IMG/VR virus record: IMGVR_UViG_3300036793_000083
Location: 1-59,923 of that record
DNA from: a virus
Lineage: Duplodnaviria > Caudoviricetes
Direction: 5' to 3' (one strand)
DNA length: 59,923 bases
A program made the translations under genes and the position numbers. Below are positions 8,157 to 18,177 of this stretch, one piece after another (position 1 is the first letter of the stretch; every line of letters begins with the position of its first letter). The notes beneath the pieces are model-generated. The model worked only from the letters and a program-made list of their open reading frames with translations, was not told the DNA's origin and searched no databases.

Positions 8157-8999
8157 TCACCGTCTCCTCATCGGCCAGCCGTCCGCATTGCGCTCGACGT
8201 CATCGGCGCGGGCGGGCAGCGTGCGGATCAACTCATCAGCCTCGGCGCGGGTCGTGACGCCCGCCTCGTGATCGCGCTCGATCTTCTGCTCGGCCCGCGG
8301 GTTGCGGAAGTATTCGGCAAGCTGCAGCGAGTGCGCCCGGTACCACTCGCGCTGAGCGCGGTACAGCCGGCCGAGGTCGCCCGACGCCAGCGTGTTCCAC
8401 GCGTCGATCTGCTCAGGCTTAGGGCCATGCCTGCCGGCTGGCCACGAGGTCGCCGAGCGGCGGGCGAGTATCCAGGCCAGCCGCATCGTCGCCTGCGCAT
8501 CGGCCGCCGCGTCGTGCGCACCGTCCAGGACCACGCCGTAGTGCTTGCAGGTGTCGGCTAGCCGGCGACTGCCCGCCCGGTAGCGGTCGCACATGCGGTC
8601 TATCAGCAGTGTGTCGACCACCGGGGGCAGCGCATCGAGATCCAGCGCGGTGCCGAGGTGGCGGCCCATCTCCCTGTCGATGATCGTCAGGTCGAACGGT
8701 GAGTTACAGGTGATCATCGGGCAATCCTGCGACCACCGGCCGGCGAGTACCTGGCCGATCTCCTCGATCACCTGCGCGACGGGTAGGCCCTCGGCCTGCG
8801 CGCGTTCCGTGGGGTAGCCGTGGATCTTCGCCGCCGCGTCCGGGATCGGGCGGGTCGGCTGCGCCACGAAATCCCATCGCTCGACAAGGCGGCTCGGCAT
8901 GTAATGCATCACCGCGGCAGTGATCAGGTGGGCATCCTCGGGATCCGGACTGTCCGTCTCCAGATCCAGACCGATCAGCGGGCCGTCAATCCAGGCCAT
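8157..8999 (-). CDS. DnaQ-like DEDDh 3'-5' exonuclease
   Basis: DLET, NSPFD and HDAAADA motifs. Confidence 0.9.
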   Translation of the reverse strand: MAWIDGPLIGLDLETDSPDPEDAHLITAAVMHYMPSRLVERWDFVAQPTRPIPDAAAKIHGYPTERAQAEGLPVAQVIEEIGQVLAGRWSQDCPMITCNSPFDLTIIDREMGRHLGTALDLDALPPVVDTLLIDRMCDRYRAGSRRLADTCKHYGVVLDGAHDAAADAQATMRLAWILARRSATSWPAGRHGPKPEQIDAWNTLASGDLGRLYRAQREWYRAHSLQLAEYFRNPRAEQKIERDHEAGVTTRAEADELIRTLPARADDVERNADGWPMRRR

Positions 9000-9796
9000 C
9001 AGGCGCCTGCCTCTTCGGCCGCTGATCGGTCTCGTCCGATGCGGACAACCATCGGGCCGATCTTCTCCTCCTCGCCCGCCTCGTTCACGACCAGCGCGTC
9101 CAAGTGGCGATCGCTCTTCAGCTCGGCGTGTATCTGGAGCAAGCGGCCCTTACTGGTGCGCGGGTCCGTGATCTCGGCGACGTAGGAACTCGGCGCGCGG
9201 GTCGCCTTTTCACCGCGGTCGACGCGGGAGGCGTCCGGGTCCGGGTCGCCCGTGGGGATCAGTCCGCCGCTGAGTAGCAGGACGCGCAGGGCCACGCTCT
9301 GCGCCTTCGCGGTGCCCTTGTCGGCCGAGTCCAGCGCCTCGCCCGAGGACTGCAACTGGATGGTGTCGCCCATCGGGCCGACGATCAGATACGTCACGGT
9401 CACCGTGCACTCGCGCATCTGGCTGCCCTTGCTCGACGTGGTGTCCCGGTGCGCCGCGTCGACATGGATCGGCAGGACCGACACGCCGTGGTTGAGCGTG
9501 ATCGGACCGAACGCGCGCACGACCGTATCCACGCCGCGGAAGTTGTAGCCCGTGTTACCCGCGCTGTACCGCTCTGCCTTCGCGATCGAGCCGATATCGC
9601 GACGCACCCGCAGCCACGCCAGGTGAACCGGGATCTGCTCCGGTTCACCCTCGCCGACGACGTAGGCGGACATGTCGATGCCCGGGGAGACCGGAGCGGG
9701 CGCCTCGGGCGGCAGTGCGGGACCGACGCCACCGGCCAGCGGATTGCGCACGAAGGCTGCCGCTGCCTGCTCGGCGCGCTCGGACAGTGAGGTCAC
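8999..9796 (-). CDS. ERF-family single-strand annealing protein
   Basis: YNFRGVDTVV...GEALDSADKGTAKAQS...IPTGDPDPD. Confidence 0.85.
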   Translation of the reverse strand: MTSLSERAEQAAAAFVRNPLAGGVGPALPPEAPAPVSPGIDMSAYVVGEGEPEQIPVHLAWLRVRRDIGSIAKAERYSAGNTGYNFRGVDTVVRAFGPITLNHGVSVLPIHVDAAHRDTTSSKGSQMRECTVTVTYLIVGPMGDTIQLQSSGEALDSADKGTAKAQSVALRVLLLSGGLIPTGDPDPDASRVDRGEKATRAPSSYVAEITDPRTSKGRLLQIHAELKSDRHLDALVVNEAGEEEKIGPMVVRIGRDRSAAEEAGA

Positions 9797-9903
9797 TTCC
9801 GCCTCCAGCGAATAACCACGGTGGGCAGTGGGCAAACGAAGTGGTAGCTACTCCCGCGGTAGTAACCGATCCACCAGTCATTGGTATCGATGTAGACCCT
9901 CAT
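9793..9903 (-). CDS. 36-aa hypothetical protein (MRVYIDTNDWWIGYYRG...)
   Basis: ATGA and GTGA overlaps at both ends; below the ORF-track cutoff. Confidence 0.6.
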   Translation of the reverse strand: MRVYIDTNDWWIGYYRGSSYHFVCPLPTVVIRWRRK

Positions 9904-10946
9904 CGGGAGTACTCCGCTCTGATCGCGTGCGGGACATAGAAGTGGTCGCCCTCTTCCACGGACACACAGTCCGCGAAGGCTTCGGGGTAGCGCTCGGCGA
10001 GGCGCGCCAGGTCCGTCTTACGGCGCGATCGACGGTCGATCGAATACAGCACGCGGTCGCCTACGGTGGCGGCTTGCGCCTTGCCGAGTGCGGCGTAGAG
10101 CCTGGCCTTCGCCGCGTCCTGTTGTTTCTCGGCCTCGGCCCGCGCCGCGCCGGCTAGCAGGTAGGTGGTGAGCAGGTCTTGCACGTCTAGGTCGCGGTCC
10201 ACCTCGATCACGCCCTGCCGCGTCGGGTGGAGTCGCTGATACAGCTCCACCAGATCATCGGCCGGTTCATCGCCGGTCAGCGGCGGCGGGATGCGCGCCA
10301 CGATGTGCTCGAACCAGAGCCGGGCTGCGCTGGCGTCCAGGAACGCCACCAGGCGCTCATGATCGGAGCGCCGGACGACGTACTGCCGGTAGTCGCTGCC
10401 GCCGATCAGGCACACCACGTGGATGTGGTCCAGGCCGGTGACCAGGATCTGCCAGAGCACCTGCGCCAGCACGTCGTCCGGCGGCCCGTCGCGCCAGAGC
10501 TTGCTCGTAAACGCGTTGCGCGTCTTGACCTCCAGCGCGCAGAGCGAGTGCCTGCTGCGGTCTAGCGGGCACTCTCTGCATAGCCGGTCAAGGCTGCACA
10601 TCTGCCACGTCTCGTGTCGGTGCGCAACGATGCCGATCGGCTCGACGGTCGTCCTGTTCCTGCGCGCCCATTCGAACGCCAACGGCTCCTCGAACAGGAC
10701 GCCGAACCGCATGGCGTCGCTCACGTCGTCGGCGTCGTGGGGAAGCGCGCCCGTCTTGTCGTAGTAGACGTGTAACGGGCTGCGATGGTTCTGGCGCATC
10801 CCGTCGTCGTCTGTCAGTTGCATGATGCTCGGCAAGTCAGAGCTACCGATGCCCTCGCGCCGTTTGTCCAGCCACTCCTCGCGCGGTGCGGTGTGATCCA
10901 GCAGGAGCACGCCCGTGGGCGTGACCAGCGTGCCGACGTCAGCCAT
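9900..10946 (-). CDS. YqaJ / lambda-exonuclease family recombination nuclease
   Basis: WLDKRREGIGSSD, CSLDR, LEVKT, AQVLWQ; next to ERF. Confidence 0.9.
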   Translation of the reverse strand: MADVGTLVTPTGVLLLDHTAPREEWLDKRREGIGSSDLPSIMQLTDDDGMRQNHRSPLHVYYDKTGALPHDADDVSDAMRFGVLFEEPLAFEWARRNRTTVEPIGIVAHRHETWQMCSLDRLCRECPLDRSRHSLCALEVKTRNAFTSKLWRDGPPDDVLAQVLWQILVTGLDHIHVVCLIGGSDYRQYVVRRSDHERLVAFLDASAARLWFEHIVARIPPPLTGDEPADDLVELYQRLHPTRQGVIEVDRDLDVQDLLTTYLLAGAARAEAEKQQDAAKARLYAALGKAQAATVGDRVLYSIDRRSRRKTDLARLAERYPEAFADCVSVEEGDHFYVPHAIRAEYSR

Positions 10947-11143
10947 CACCGTCTCCCGAGAGCTATGTCCGCAACGGAGACACCGAGGCGGAACAGCGCT
11001 ACCCACGCAATGATCCATAGCGGAGTAAGCACCCATATCCACGGCCAGTCGATCACGTGGTCAAGTTTCAATCCGACTAGAAGCACGATCGAAAGGGGAG
11101 CCAGGCTGATAGCTGCCCCGAGGATCTGCGTGCGCTTACTCAT
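10946..11143 (-). CDS. Small membrane protein
   Basis: LKLDHVIDWPWIWVLTPLWI hydrophobic motif, common in phages. Confidence 0.65.
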   Translation of the reverse strand: MSKRTQILGAAISLAPLSIVLLVGLKLDHVIDWPWIWVLTPLWIIAWVALFRLGVSVADIALGRR

Positions 11144-11801
11144 CCCTGCCCGCCAGTACGGTCGTCTTCGTCAGTGCCTCGGCGTCGATCAGCGCCCGCG
11201 TCTCCATGACCCACGCGACGCACATCGTCAGGGCCACCTGTTCGTCCAGGCTCAACAGTCCGAACAGGTCGCTGATCATGCGCTGCGGGACGATCAGGCC
11301 CCGCCGCTCCCGCCACACCCTGCTGTCGCTCGGCGAGGTCAGCACCTCCACTAGCCGCTCCTGCGGTGTGTAGCGCGAGGCGTGGGCGCCGTCGTAGCGC
11401 GGGGAGAGGTGGCCCTGGATCACCCACTGTTCCGACGCCCACGTGTACGACACCCGGCGCACCGCGAAGCCTGTCCATTGCGAGTACCGGGCGCCGGCCG
11501 AGGGCGGGACGATGCCGGCGCGGGCCTGCGTGCTCAGTTCGCTCACGGCCCGCGCCTCGGACAGTCCCACCATCTGCATACCGAGCAGCGTGGCCTCCAC
11601 CGTCTGATGCGAGGGGAATGTCTCGGCCCGCGCGTCGGCCGGCAGCTCACCGAGCCCGCGCAGCAGGCCGAGGGTCGCCAGCTCACCGAGCACCACGGAG
11701 TAACGCTGGCGGCGCCAGTCGAGCCGGGCCGTGATCTCCTGCACTGACAGCCGCTCCTCCAGCAGGGGCAGGAGTCGGGACTGTGCGCCGGTCAGCTGCA
11801 T
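11136..11801 (-). CDS. Hypothetical protein with N-terminal HTH-like segment
   Basis: LTGAQSRLLPLLEERLSVQEITARL. Confidence 0.5.
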   Translation of the reverse strand: MQLTGAQSRLLPLLEERLSVQEITARLDWRRQRYSVVLGELATLGLLRGLGELPADARAETFPSHQTVEATLLGMQMVGLSEARAVSELSTQARAGIVPPSAGARYSQWTGFAVRRVSYTWASEQWVIQGHLSPRYDGAHASRYTPQERLVEVLTSPSDSRVWRERRGLIVPQRMISDLFGLLSLDEQVALTMCVAWVMETRALIDAEALTKTTVLAGRDE

Positions 11802-11842
11802 CGGGGTACTCGCTCTCGCTCAGGTGCGGATGGTCGTGCGCA

Positions 11843-11995
11843 TCATGCGGCATTCAGGATTTCCGCCGCCTGGTCCACCGTCATCAGCACGGGGAAGGGC
11901 TCGGAGTGCACGTCACGCACCCAGGCGCGCAGGATGCGGGCCAGCAGGATGCGGGTGCGGAGGTGGGCCAGAAACCACACGATGATCACTCCCAT
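11843..11995 (-). CDS. Small hypothetical protein after leader motif
   Basis: Hand-translated 45-50 aa ORF ending LMTVDQAAEILNAA. Confidence 0.45.
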   Translation of the reverse strand: MGVIIVWFLAHLRTRILLARILRAWVRDVHSEPFPVLMTVDQAAEILNAA

Positions 11996-12055
11996 GTCGT
12001 CATGTCAGCCCGTCGGCTTGGGGTTGACATTACAGTATCGCGGGAGGTGCGTCTA
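11989..12055 (-). promoter_or_regulatory. Promoter plus leader motif (copy 2)
   Basis: TAGACG-17-TAATGT; AGCC-GACG-GGCT...GACATGGGAG. Confidence 0.75.
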
Positions 12056-12058
12056 CAG

Positions 12059-13360
12059 TTACACCCGGTACGGGTCGCCCGGGATCGCGCGGGCGTAATG
12101 GCCCTCGAACCGCAGGGTCGCGGAACCGGTCGGGCCGTTGCGGTGCTTGTCCACTATCAGCACCATCTCGCCGGGCTTGTCCTCCGGACGCCACGCCAAC
12201 ATCACCTTGTCGGCGTGGTGCTTGATCGCGTCCGTGCCGCGGATATCGGAGTCACCGTCCGGGCGTTTGTCCCGCCGGTCGCTCGGCCCGCGGTTGAGCT
12301 GATGCAACAGCAGAATGGGGACGTCCAGTGCCCGCGCCAGATTCTTTAACGCGCGAGCGATCTGATCCAACTGGACGCGCTCCGGGGCGCGGGGGTCGGC
12401 GGGCTCGATGAACGAGAGCTGATCAACGATCACCAGGCCGAGGCCCTGACTCACGAGGTGGCGACACCGGGTCCGGATATCGGACACCGACGCACCCGCC
12501 ATCTGGTCATCGAGGTACAGCGGCCACTCGGTGATGCGCTCGGATGCCCGCTTCACGCGGTCGCGGTCGTCGTCGGTCAGCCGGTGCTCCGTGAGGTGAG
12601 ACCAGGGCACCGTCGCGACGTCGGCCACCAGCCGGGTTAATAACTCCTCGCGACTCATCTCACCGGACAGGTACGCCGTGGGGACACCGCTGCGGGCGGC
12701 CGAGCGGGCGATGTTCAGGGCCAGCAGTGTCTTACCGGTACTGCTGCGCGCGGCCAGTACGACTAGCTCACCGCGGCGCAGGCCACCGAGCAGCAGGTCA
12801 TCCACCTCGGGCCAGGGTGTCGCGACCACGCCGGCTAGCGGGGCGTCCAGTCCGCCCACGAACTCGCCCATCAGCTCAGCCACCGGTACTCCCGGCGTAT
12901 CCGCCCGGTACTGCTCGACGTCCTCCACCTCGCGGCGCACGAACGCCAGCACGTCGTCCAGCCGGTCAGCGCCACCCGACTCGCCCAACTGGACCAGGCG
13001 CAGGCCACCCTGGACGATCCGGCGCCGTTTCGCATGCTCACCGATCGACTCGGCATCGGCGGCCTGACCGTCCAAGCTCGGCATGTGCTCGACGCTGAAC
13101 AGCGTGTGCAGATACGGGGCACCGCCGATCCTCAGCAGTTCCCCGCATCGGCCTAATTCCCGCGCTACCGACTCCGGGTTTATCGCAATGCCAGCGTCCC
13201 ACAGTGTGGACATGGCGGACCAGATAATGCCGTGTTGCCAGGAAAAGAAATCTTCCGTGCCGATGACGCGGTGCGCCGCCTCGAACGCCGCCGTTGAGAG
13301 CATGGCGCGCCCGAGTACGGCGCGCTCCGCTCCCTCGGCGTGGATCGGATCGCCGCTCAC
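12059..13360 (-). CDS. dnaB: DnaB-like replicative helicase
   Basis: AERAVLG, AARSSTGKT, SGEMS, IVDQL, QLNR, DKHRNGPTG. Confidence 0.95.
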   Translation of the reverse strand: MSGDPIHAEGAERAVLGRAMLSTAAFEAAHRVIGTEDFFSWQHGIIWSAMSTLWDAGIAINPESVARELGRCGELLRIGGAPYLHTLFSVEHMPSLDGQAADAESIGEHAKRRRIVQGGLRLVQLGESGGADRLDDVLAFVRREVEDVEQYRADTPGVPVAELMGEFVGGLDAPLAGVVATPWPEVDDLLLGGLRRGELVVLAARSSTGKTLLALNIARSAARSGVPTAYLSGEMSREELLTRLVADVATVPWSHLTEHRLTDDDRDRVKRASERITEWPLYLDDQMAGASVSDIRTRCRHLVSQGLGLVIVDQLSFIEPADPRAPERVQLDQIARALKNLARALDVPILLLHQLNRGPSDRRDKRPDGDSDIRGTDAIKHHADKVMLAWRPEDKPGEMVLIVDKHRNGPTGSATLRFEGHYARAIPGDPYRV

Positions 13361-13364
13361 ACGG

Positions 13365-14498
13365 TCACCGGGTGGCCCGCGCGATGTTGAGCGGCATGAG
13401 GATGTGCCGGTAATCCCCGTCGACCTCGCCATCGGTCACGGGCTGCAGCAGGAACCCCGCCGTCGCCCGTGCGGTGAAGGTCAGCCGCGCCTGCGGTGCC
13501 TCCAGGCACGCCAGCGCGTCGCGCAGGAAGCGATGCGCCACCGCCACGGTGATCGCGGGACCGGCCATGTCGACCAGATCCACGTCGCTGTCCGCGTCTC
13601 CGCGATTGTCACCCGCAGGCCTCACGCCGCACGTGCCATCGGCGAACGCCAGCCGGATATGACCGTGCTCGCCGAGGACGACAGCGGCACCGTCCACCAC
13701 GGCGCGCAACTCTGGCGCGCCCACTGTGACGATGGTGGCCTTACGCTCGGATGCGGCCTCTTCTGGAGCGCTCAGTATCGTCGCGTACTTCGGGTACTCG
13801 CCGGCCAGCAGGCGGCCCGAGACGACGCGGGTGCGCGTCGACACGGTGACCACGCTGCCGTCCTGCGAGATCGCGACCGGACCGTCCACCGTGGCGTGGC
13901 GCAGCATCTCGGCGGGCACGATAAGGCTGGAGACGTCCTCTTGTCCGCCGTCCCACGGGATGGTGGCGCGGGCGAGGCGGTACGTGTCCGTAGCCACCAG
14001 CGAGACCGTCTCGGGCGCGAACTCCACCCGCACGCCGGTCAGCACGCGCCGCGCCTCATCGTTGCTCACCGCGGGCAGCACGCGGTCCAGCGCACGGCCG
14101 AACTCCGCGCCGTCCACGGTGCCGAGACTGCCGGGCGCCACCGGGAAGTGCGGCCACGCCTCGGGATCCAGCTCTGGCAACGCCCACCGGGACCGGCCCG
14201 CCGTGACCGCCATGCGCGAGCCGTCCGCGAGCAAGGTGACCTCGGCCTTCGCCGGTATCACCTTCGCGACCTCGGCCAGCAGGCGGGCGGACACCACGGC
14301 GGTGCCGGGCTCATGCACCACGGCGCCCACCATCGCGGCCGAGCCGAACGTCTCGTAATCGCACGCCTGCAAGCTCAACGACTCGCCGGCTCGCAGCAGG
14401 ACGCCCGCGAGCACGGGATTCCCCGGCTTGCTCGGCGCGATCTTCGCGACCCATCCCGCAGCGTGGGCCAAGTCAGCGCCGGTGCATGACAGCTTCAC
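13365..14498 (-). CDS. dnaN: DNA polymerase III beta sliding clamp
   Basis: PVLAGVLL, ACDYE, VLTGVRVE, VATDTYRLA, RLLAGEYP, ILMPL. Confidence 0.92.
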   Translation of the reverse strand: MKLSCTGADLAHAAGWVAKIAPSKPGNPVLAGVLLRAGESLSLQACDYETFGSAAMVGAVVHEPGTAVVSARLLAEVAKVIPAKAEVTLLADGSRMAVTAGRSRWALPELDPEAWPHFPVAPGSLGTVDGAEFGRALDRVLPAVSNDEARRVLTGVRVEFAPETVSLVATDTYRLARATIPWDGGQEDVSSLIVPAEMLRHATVDGPVAISQDGSVVTVSTRTRVVSGRLLAGEYPKYATILSAPEEAASERKATIVTVGAPELRAVVDGAAVVLGEHGHIRLAFADGTCGVRPAGDNRGDADSDVDLVDMAGPAITVAVAHRFLRDALACLEAPQARLTFTARATAGFLLQPVTDGEVDGDYRHILMPLNIARATR

Positions 14499-14620
14499 AG
14501 CAGGTCACCGCCCTCGGATTCCGTCCCCCGGTGAGAGACGATCGAAACATCGCGGGCATGATCGGGTGCCACACTCGCGTCCCGTGCGGGACGGTGCGGG
14601 GTAGACGGATGCACTGGCAT
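14495..14620 (-). CDS. Small hypothetical protein after leader motif
   Basis: 41-aa ORF whose stop overlaps the clamp GTG (GTGA). Confidence 0.35.
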   Translation of the reverse strand: MPVHPSTPHRPARDASVAPDHARDVSIVSHRGTESEGGDLL

Positions 14621-14630
14621 CAGAGCTTGC

Positions 14631-14655
14631 CTCCATGTCTTCAGGCCGTCGCCTG
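14631..14655 (-). promoter_or_regulatory. Leader motif (copy 3)
   Basis: CAGGC-GACG-GCCTG-aa-GACATGGAG; possible -10 TAAGCT upstream. Confidence 0.75.
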
Positions 14656-14699
14656 TTGTCTCGCCTAGCTTAGCGCGGTGGCGTCAATAGCGCTACCGA

Positions 14700-15170
14700 T
14701 CAGTGGTCATACCAGGGCGCGAGGTGTTCCCAGACGTAGGCCGCGTCCTTGATCAGGCGCTCACCGCAGGCACAGTGCGTCGGGTCGGACTGCCACGGGC
14801 TCGGCGGCCGGGGGATCGGCGCTTCCGGTGGCGGCGCGGTCCAGCTGTAGACCCGGCCGAAGATTCCCCGGCACTGCGGATGCTCGCGGGCGACCTCGCT
14901 GCGGGCGTAGTCGCACCACCCGCCTCGGCGCTGGTGATGCACCGTGTGCATCTCGACGGCCACCGCGATCTGCTGATCCAGGGCGTCGCGCCAATACCAC
15001 CAGCCGCCGCGTTCGCTGCCCTGGATGACGGCGGGCTCGCGGTGGAACGCCTCGCGGATCAGGCGATCGGTCCACGCGCTGCCGGTCGGCCACGCGGTGC
15101 AACGCCACCACGCGGGCGGTGGTGTCTTCGGCTGCCCCGTGGCGGGCTTGCTCGCTGCCCTAGTGGCCAT
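14700..15170 (-). CDS. Hypothetical protein (C-terminal HCACG)
   Basis: Operon packing. Confidence 0.5.
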   Translation of the reverse strand: MATRAASKPATGQPKTPPPAWWRCTAWPTGSAWTDRLIREAFHREPAVIQGSERGGWWYWRDALDQQIAVAVEMHTVHHQRRGGWCDYARSEVAREHPQCRGIFGRVYSWTAPPPEAPIPRPPSPWQSDPTHCACGERLIKDAAYVWEHLAPWYDH

Positions 15171-15810
15171 TGCCGCGCCGCCGGTCCGGGCCTGCCACCG
15201 GCACCTGCTGGCACATCTCGATGAGGCGGGACGTCACGCGTTCCCCGAAGATCGCCGTAAAGTCGCCGGGCAACACGTTCGTGGTGACGATCGTGGGGCG
15301 CTCTGCCTCGTAGCGGGCGTTCACCAGCCGGGCGATCTGCGACTCCACCCACGGGCTACGCGGGCGCTCCGAGCCGAGGTCGTCCACGACCAGCACGGCG
15401 GCGGACGCGTAGCCGGCGAACACCTCCTCCGAGTCCACGCCGTCACGCGGGCGCAGGCTGGCCAACAGGTCCATCTCGTGAGCGAAGCTCCACCCGCAGT
15501 GCACGCCCGAGACGGCCAGCGCCCTTAGTGCCCCGATCGCCTGGTGCGTCTTGCCCCTACCCACCTTGCCGACCAGCAGGAGCGACGGGCCGTGCTGGAT
15601 GGCCGGGTCGCCGACGCCTCGGTGCTCCAGCGCGAGGCGGACCAGGGTGCACACCCAGTCGCGGACGGCCGGGAGATCCGTTGCCGCCTCGGCGAAGCGG
15701 CGCGGGATCCTGCCTTCCGACCAGCGCGCGTTGCTCTCGGTGATCTGCTCCAGCAGGTATCGATCCACGCCGTCCGCCTCGGTGGCGACCGCGATCGGCT
15801 CGGCGCTCAC
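15160..15810 (-). CDS. DnaC/IstB-like helicase-loader ATPase
   Basis: GKVGRGKTH, LVVDDLGSE, TIVTTN, RVTSRL. Confidence 0.9.
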   Translation of the reverse strand: MSAEPIAVATEADGVDRYLLEQITESNARWSEGRIPRRFAEAATDLPAVRDWVCTLVRLALEHRGVGDPAIQHGPSLLLVGKVGRGKTHQAIGALRALAVSGVHCGWSFAHEMDLLASLRPRDGVDSEEVFAGYASAAVLVVDDLGSERPRSPWVESQIARLVNARYEAERPTIVTTNVLPGDFTAIFGERVTSRLIEMCQQVPVAGPDRRRGNGH

Positions 15811-16334
15811 CAGGAACCGCCGAAGCCCTCATGCACGGTGCCGCCGGGCACGTAGAGCGGGTGACGCGGTGCACCGCCCTTCGTGACGCCGAGGCATAGC
15901 GGCACGCGCGGCCAGCGCATAGCGTCGCCGATCAGGTCGTGCACGACCTCGGCCCGGGCAGCGGCGAAGGTGTTCGCACCCCACGCGCAGACCAGGGCCT
16001 CGGCGGTGTTCGCCACCTCGGCCAGCGTCCGGTCATTGTCCTGGCCGACCGGATCACCGTGCTCGCGTAGCTCGCGCGGATCGGTGGCCCGCAGCGCGAA
16101 CAGGTTCACCACGCGGATGCCGCCGAAGTGCCAGCGCCTCGCGAAGCCGATGCAGCGCCGGATCGTCGGGTCATCCGCCTCGGCGTCCGCGGTGGACGGG
16201 TTGAGCATCACCCATGCGAGGACAGGTGCCGAGGCGTCCCACGTACGCCAGAGTTCGTATCGGTAGGTGCCGTCACCGCTGATCGTCGCGCCGGTGCGCA
16301 TTGCGCTCTCATCGAACAGGCTGGCCTGGATCAT
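15807..16334 (-). CDS. DUF1643-family protein
   Basis: YRYELWRTWD...VMLNPSTAD...DDPTIRRC...NLFALRATDP...PRHPLY. Confidence 0.9.
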   Translation of the reverse strand: MIQASLFDESAMRTGATISGDGTYRYELWRTWDASAPVLAWVMLNPSTADAEADDPTIRRCIGFARRWHFGGIRVVNLFALRATDPRELREHGDPVGQDNDRTLAEVANTAEALVCAWGANTFAAARAEVVHDLIGDAMRWPRVPLCLGVTKGGAPRHPLYVPGGTVHEGFGGSW

Positions 16335-17323
16335 CGGATCGCCTCCGCATAGGCATCGTCGGGGATGTGATCGTCGCGGTACGTCGGCGCATGTCGGCCG
16401 CCTCCCGGTGGCGCGGTCATCATCGCCAGCTGCCGCTCGATCGTCGGATAACCCGCGCGGCCCGCGGCTTCGGCGGCGGCCATCACGCGCGCCGGGTCGT
16501 TGCCCGCTGCTAGGCACTCTTTCGCCGCGCGGGACGCCTGGCCGATCTGCCCTCGCGTCGGGCGCACATCACCGCGCGCACCCCGGTACGCGTCGACCCA
16601 CGCGGCGACCACCGTCTGCGCGGTGACGCGATCCGCGCCGGCCGAGTTCTGGTGTGATGCCCGCGTGGGTGCGTCGGGTGGTCCGCCTGCGTTCGGATCA
16701 GGCTTGTCGGCGCTTGCGTCGGTGCTAGCCGGATCGTTCGCGGGGTTGTCCGGGAACAGACCTTGCCAGGAAGCGAAGAGTGTTCCCTGCCCGTCGTCTG
16801 CAGGCTGCGCAGCCTCGGCCGACGCGGCAGCGGCGGTGTTCGTGGCCGGTTGCTTTTCTTGGTTGCAGTTGTTCTTTTGGTTAAGGACTGGTTCGGGTGC
16901 AAACTCTCCGACGACTTTGCACCCCGTATCGGGTGAATCCGGGGCAGACTTTGCACCCCGTGGACGTCGACTTTGCACCCCGTGCGCGACCGACTTTGCA
17001 CCCCGCATGAACGCCACGAGGTCATAGGACTGAGGGCGCCGGTCCACACGGCCGATCGTGGATGACCGGACCAGGGGGTCCGCCGTCTTGGCGATCGTGC
17101 CGTGGTCCTCCAGCGCGCGTAGTGCGTACTGGATGGACCGCTCCGACAGCCCCGTGTAGTCCATGACGGTGCTGACCGCAGGGAAGCAATCCGAGCCGTC
17201 GCGGTCGGCGTGGTTCGCCAGCGCCACCAGGACGAGTTTCGCGCTACTGGAGATGCGACCGGTGCGCGCGTCCAGCGGGAGATCCTGAAACTCGATCGCC
17301 CACGCTGTTGCCTGCAGACTCAT
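16331..17323 (-). CDS. Phage replication initiator (N-terminal winged HTH)
   Basis: AKLVLVALANHAD...CFPAVSTVMDYTGLSERSIQYALRALE; internal iterons; followed by a DnaC-like loader. Confidence 0.85.
   Translation of the reverse strand: MSLQATAWAIEFQDLPLDARTGRISSSAKLVLVALANHADRDGSDCFPAVSTVMDYTGLSERSIQYALRALEDHGTIAKTADPLVRSSTIGRVDRRPQSYDLVAFMRGAKSVAHGVQSRRPRGAKSAPDSPDTGCKVVGEFAPEPVLNQKNNCNQEKQPATNTAAAASAEAAQPADDGQGTLFASWQGLFPDNPANDPASTDASADKPDPNAGGPPDAPTRASHQNSAGADRVTAQTVVAAWVDAYRGARGDVRPTRGQIGQASRAAKECLAAGNDPARVMAAAEAAGRAGYPTIERQLAMMTAPPGGGRHAPTYRDDHIPDDAYAEAIR
16850..17005. repeat. Iteron-type replication origin inside the initiator gene
   Basis: GACTTTGCACCCCG at 16913, 16947, 16969 and 16992; inverted partial copy GGGTGCAAA near 16895; AT-rich tract about 16850-16885. 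Confidence 0.8.
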
Positions 17324-17889
17324 GCCGTCCGCCTCCCGCCGCAACGGTTGCCGCTCGGCATGTGCTGATCCAGGAACCGAGACTCGATCTCGTATGCGTG
17401 CTCGCGGTCGCGACAGCGGAACGCCTGCCAGGTGGCCCACATCTTCCCGCTGCGCCGGTGCTGGCTCATGCGCTTAGTGAAGGCCCGAGTGCTGCCGACG
17501 TAGACCACCGTGGCGTCCTCGGAGAACAGCACGTAGACCACGCTGACTCCGGTGGGTGGCCGGTCGTTTTCCCGCCAGACCTCCATTCCGCAGCCGGACC
17601 ACTCCTGCTCTCCGGTGGGATCTATCCTGCTGTTCGTGCACATGCGCTGCGGTGAGTACGGGATGGCCTCTTGCCAGCGCTTGAGGTAGCCGGCCAGTCC
17701 GCCATCGGCAACGACGCGGTACGTGCGGTACAGCTCGGCCCAGCCGACGCGGTCACCGTTGAACTCGCGGGCCACTGCGATCGCGTACTGGCGCTCAGCG
17801 TCGGCCAGCGCCGCGTCGAGCTTGGCGCGCTTGGCCTGCAGTAGCCGAATGTGCTGTTCCGTGGCGGCGTACTCGGCGGTGGAGTTCAC
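17320..17889 (-). CDS. GIY-YIG nuclease-domain protein
   Basis: VVYVLF...VVYVGST...RMSQH...E...P.GN; probable GTG start at 17889. Confidence 0.7.
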   Translation of the reverse strand: MNSTAEYAATEQHIRLLQAKRAKLDAALADAERQYAIAVAREFNGDRVGWAELYRTYRVVADGGLAGYLKRWQEAIPYSPQRMCTNSRIDPTGEQEWSGCGMEVWRENDRPPTGVSVVYVLFSEDATVVYVGSTRAFTKRMSQHRRSGKMWATWQAFRCRDREHAYEIESRFLDQHMPSGNRCGGRRTA

Positions 17890-18177
17890 CGGGACGCCTG
17901 CACCCGGATAGCACAACGCACCGGGACCGAAGTCGACCGGTGCGCGTGCTCGCGTGAGGTTCCCGACACGGGTGAAGCCTCGGCGGGAACGATACAGCGA
18001 CGGGCGGACGATTGGTAGCGCGATGCACACATACGAAGCTCCACTCAGGTCGTGTCGGGTTGCCCCCTTGCACCGGGCCATACAGGGCGCGAACCTGCAT
18101 GACCCTCTTGATCCTAACGCTCAGCCGTGATGTAAACCACCTGCGTCAACAGATACCGACCGGTAGGATTCGGCACC

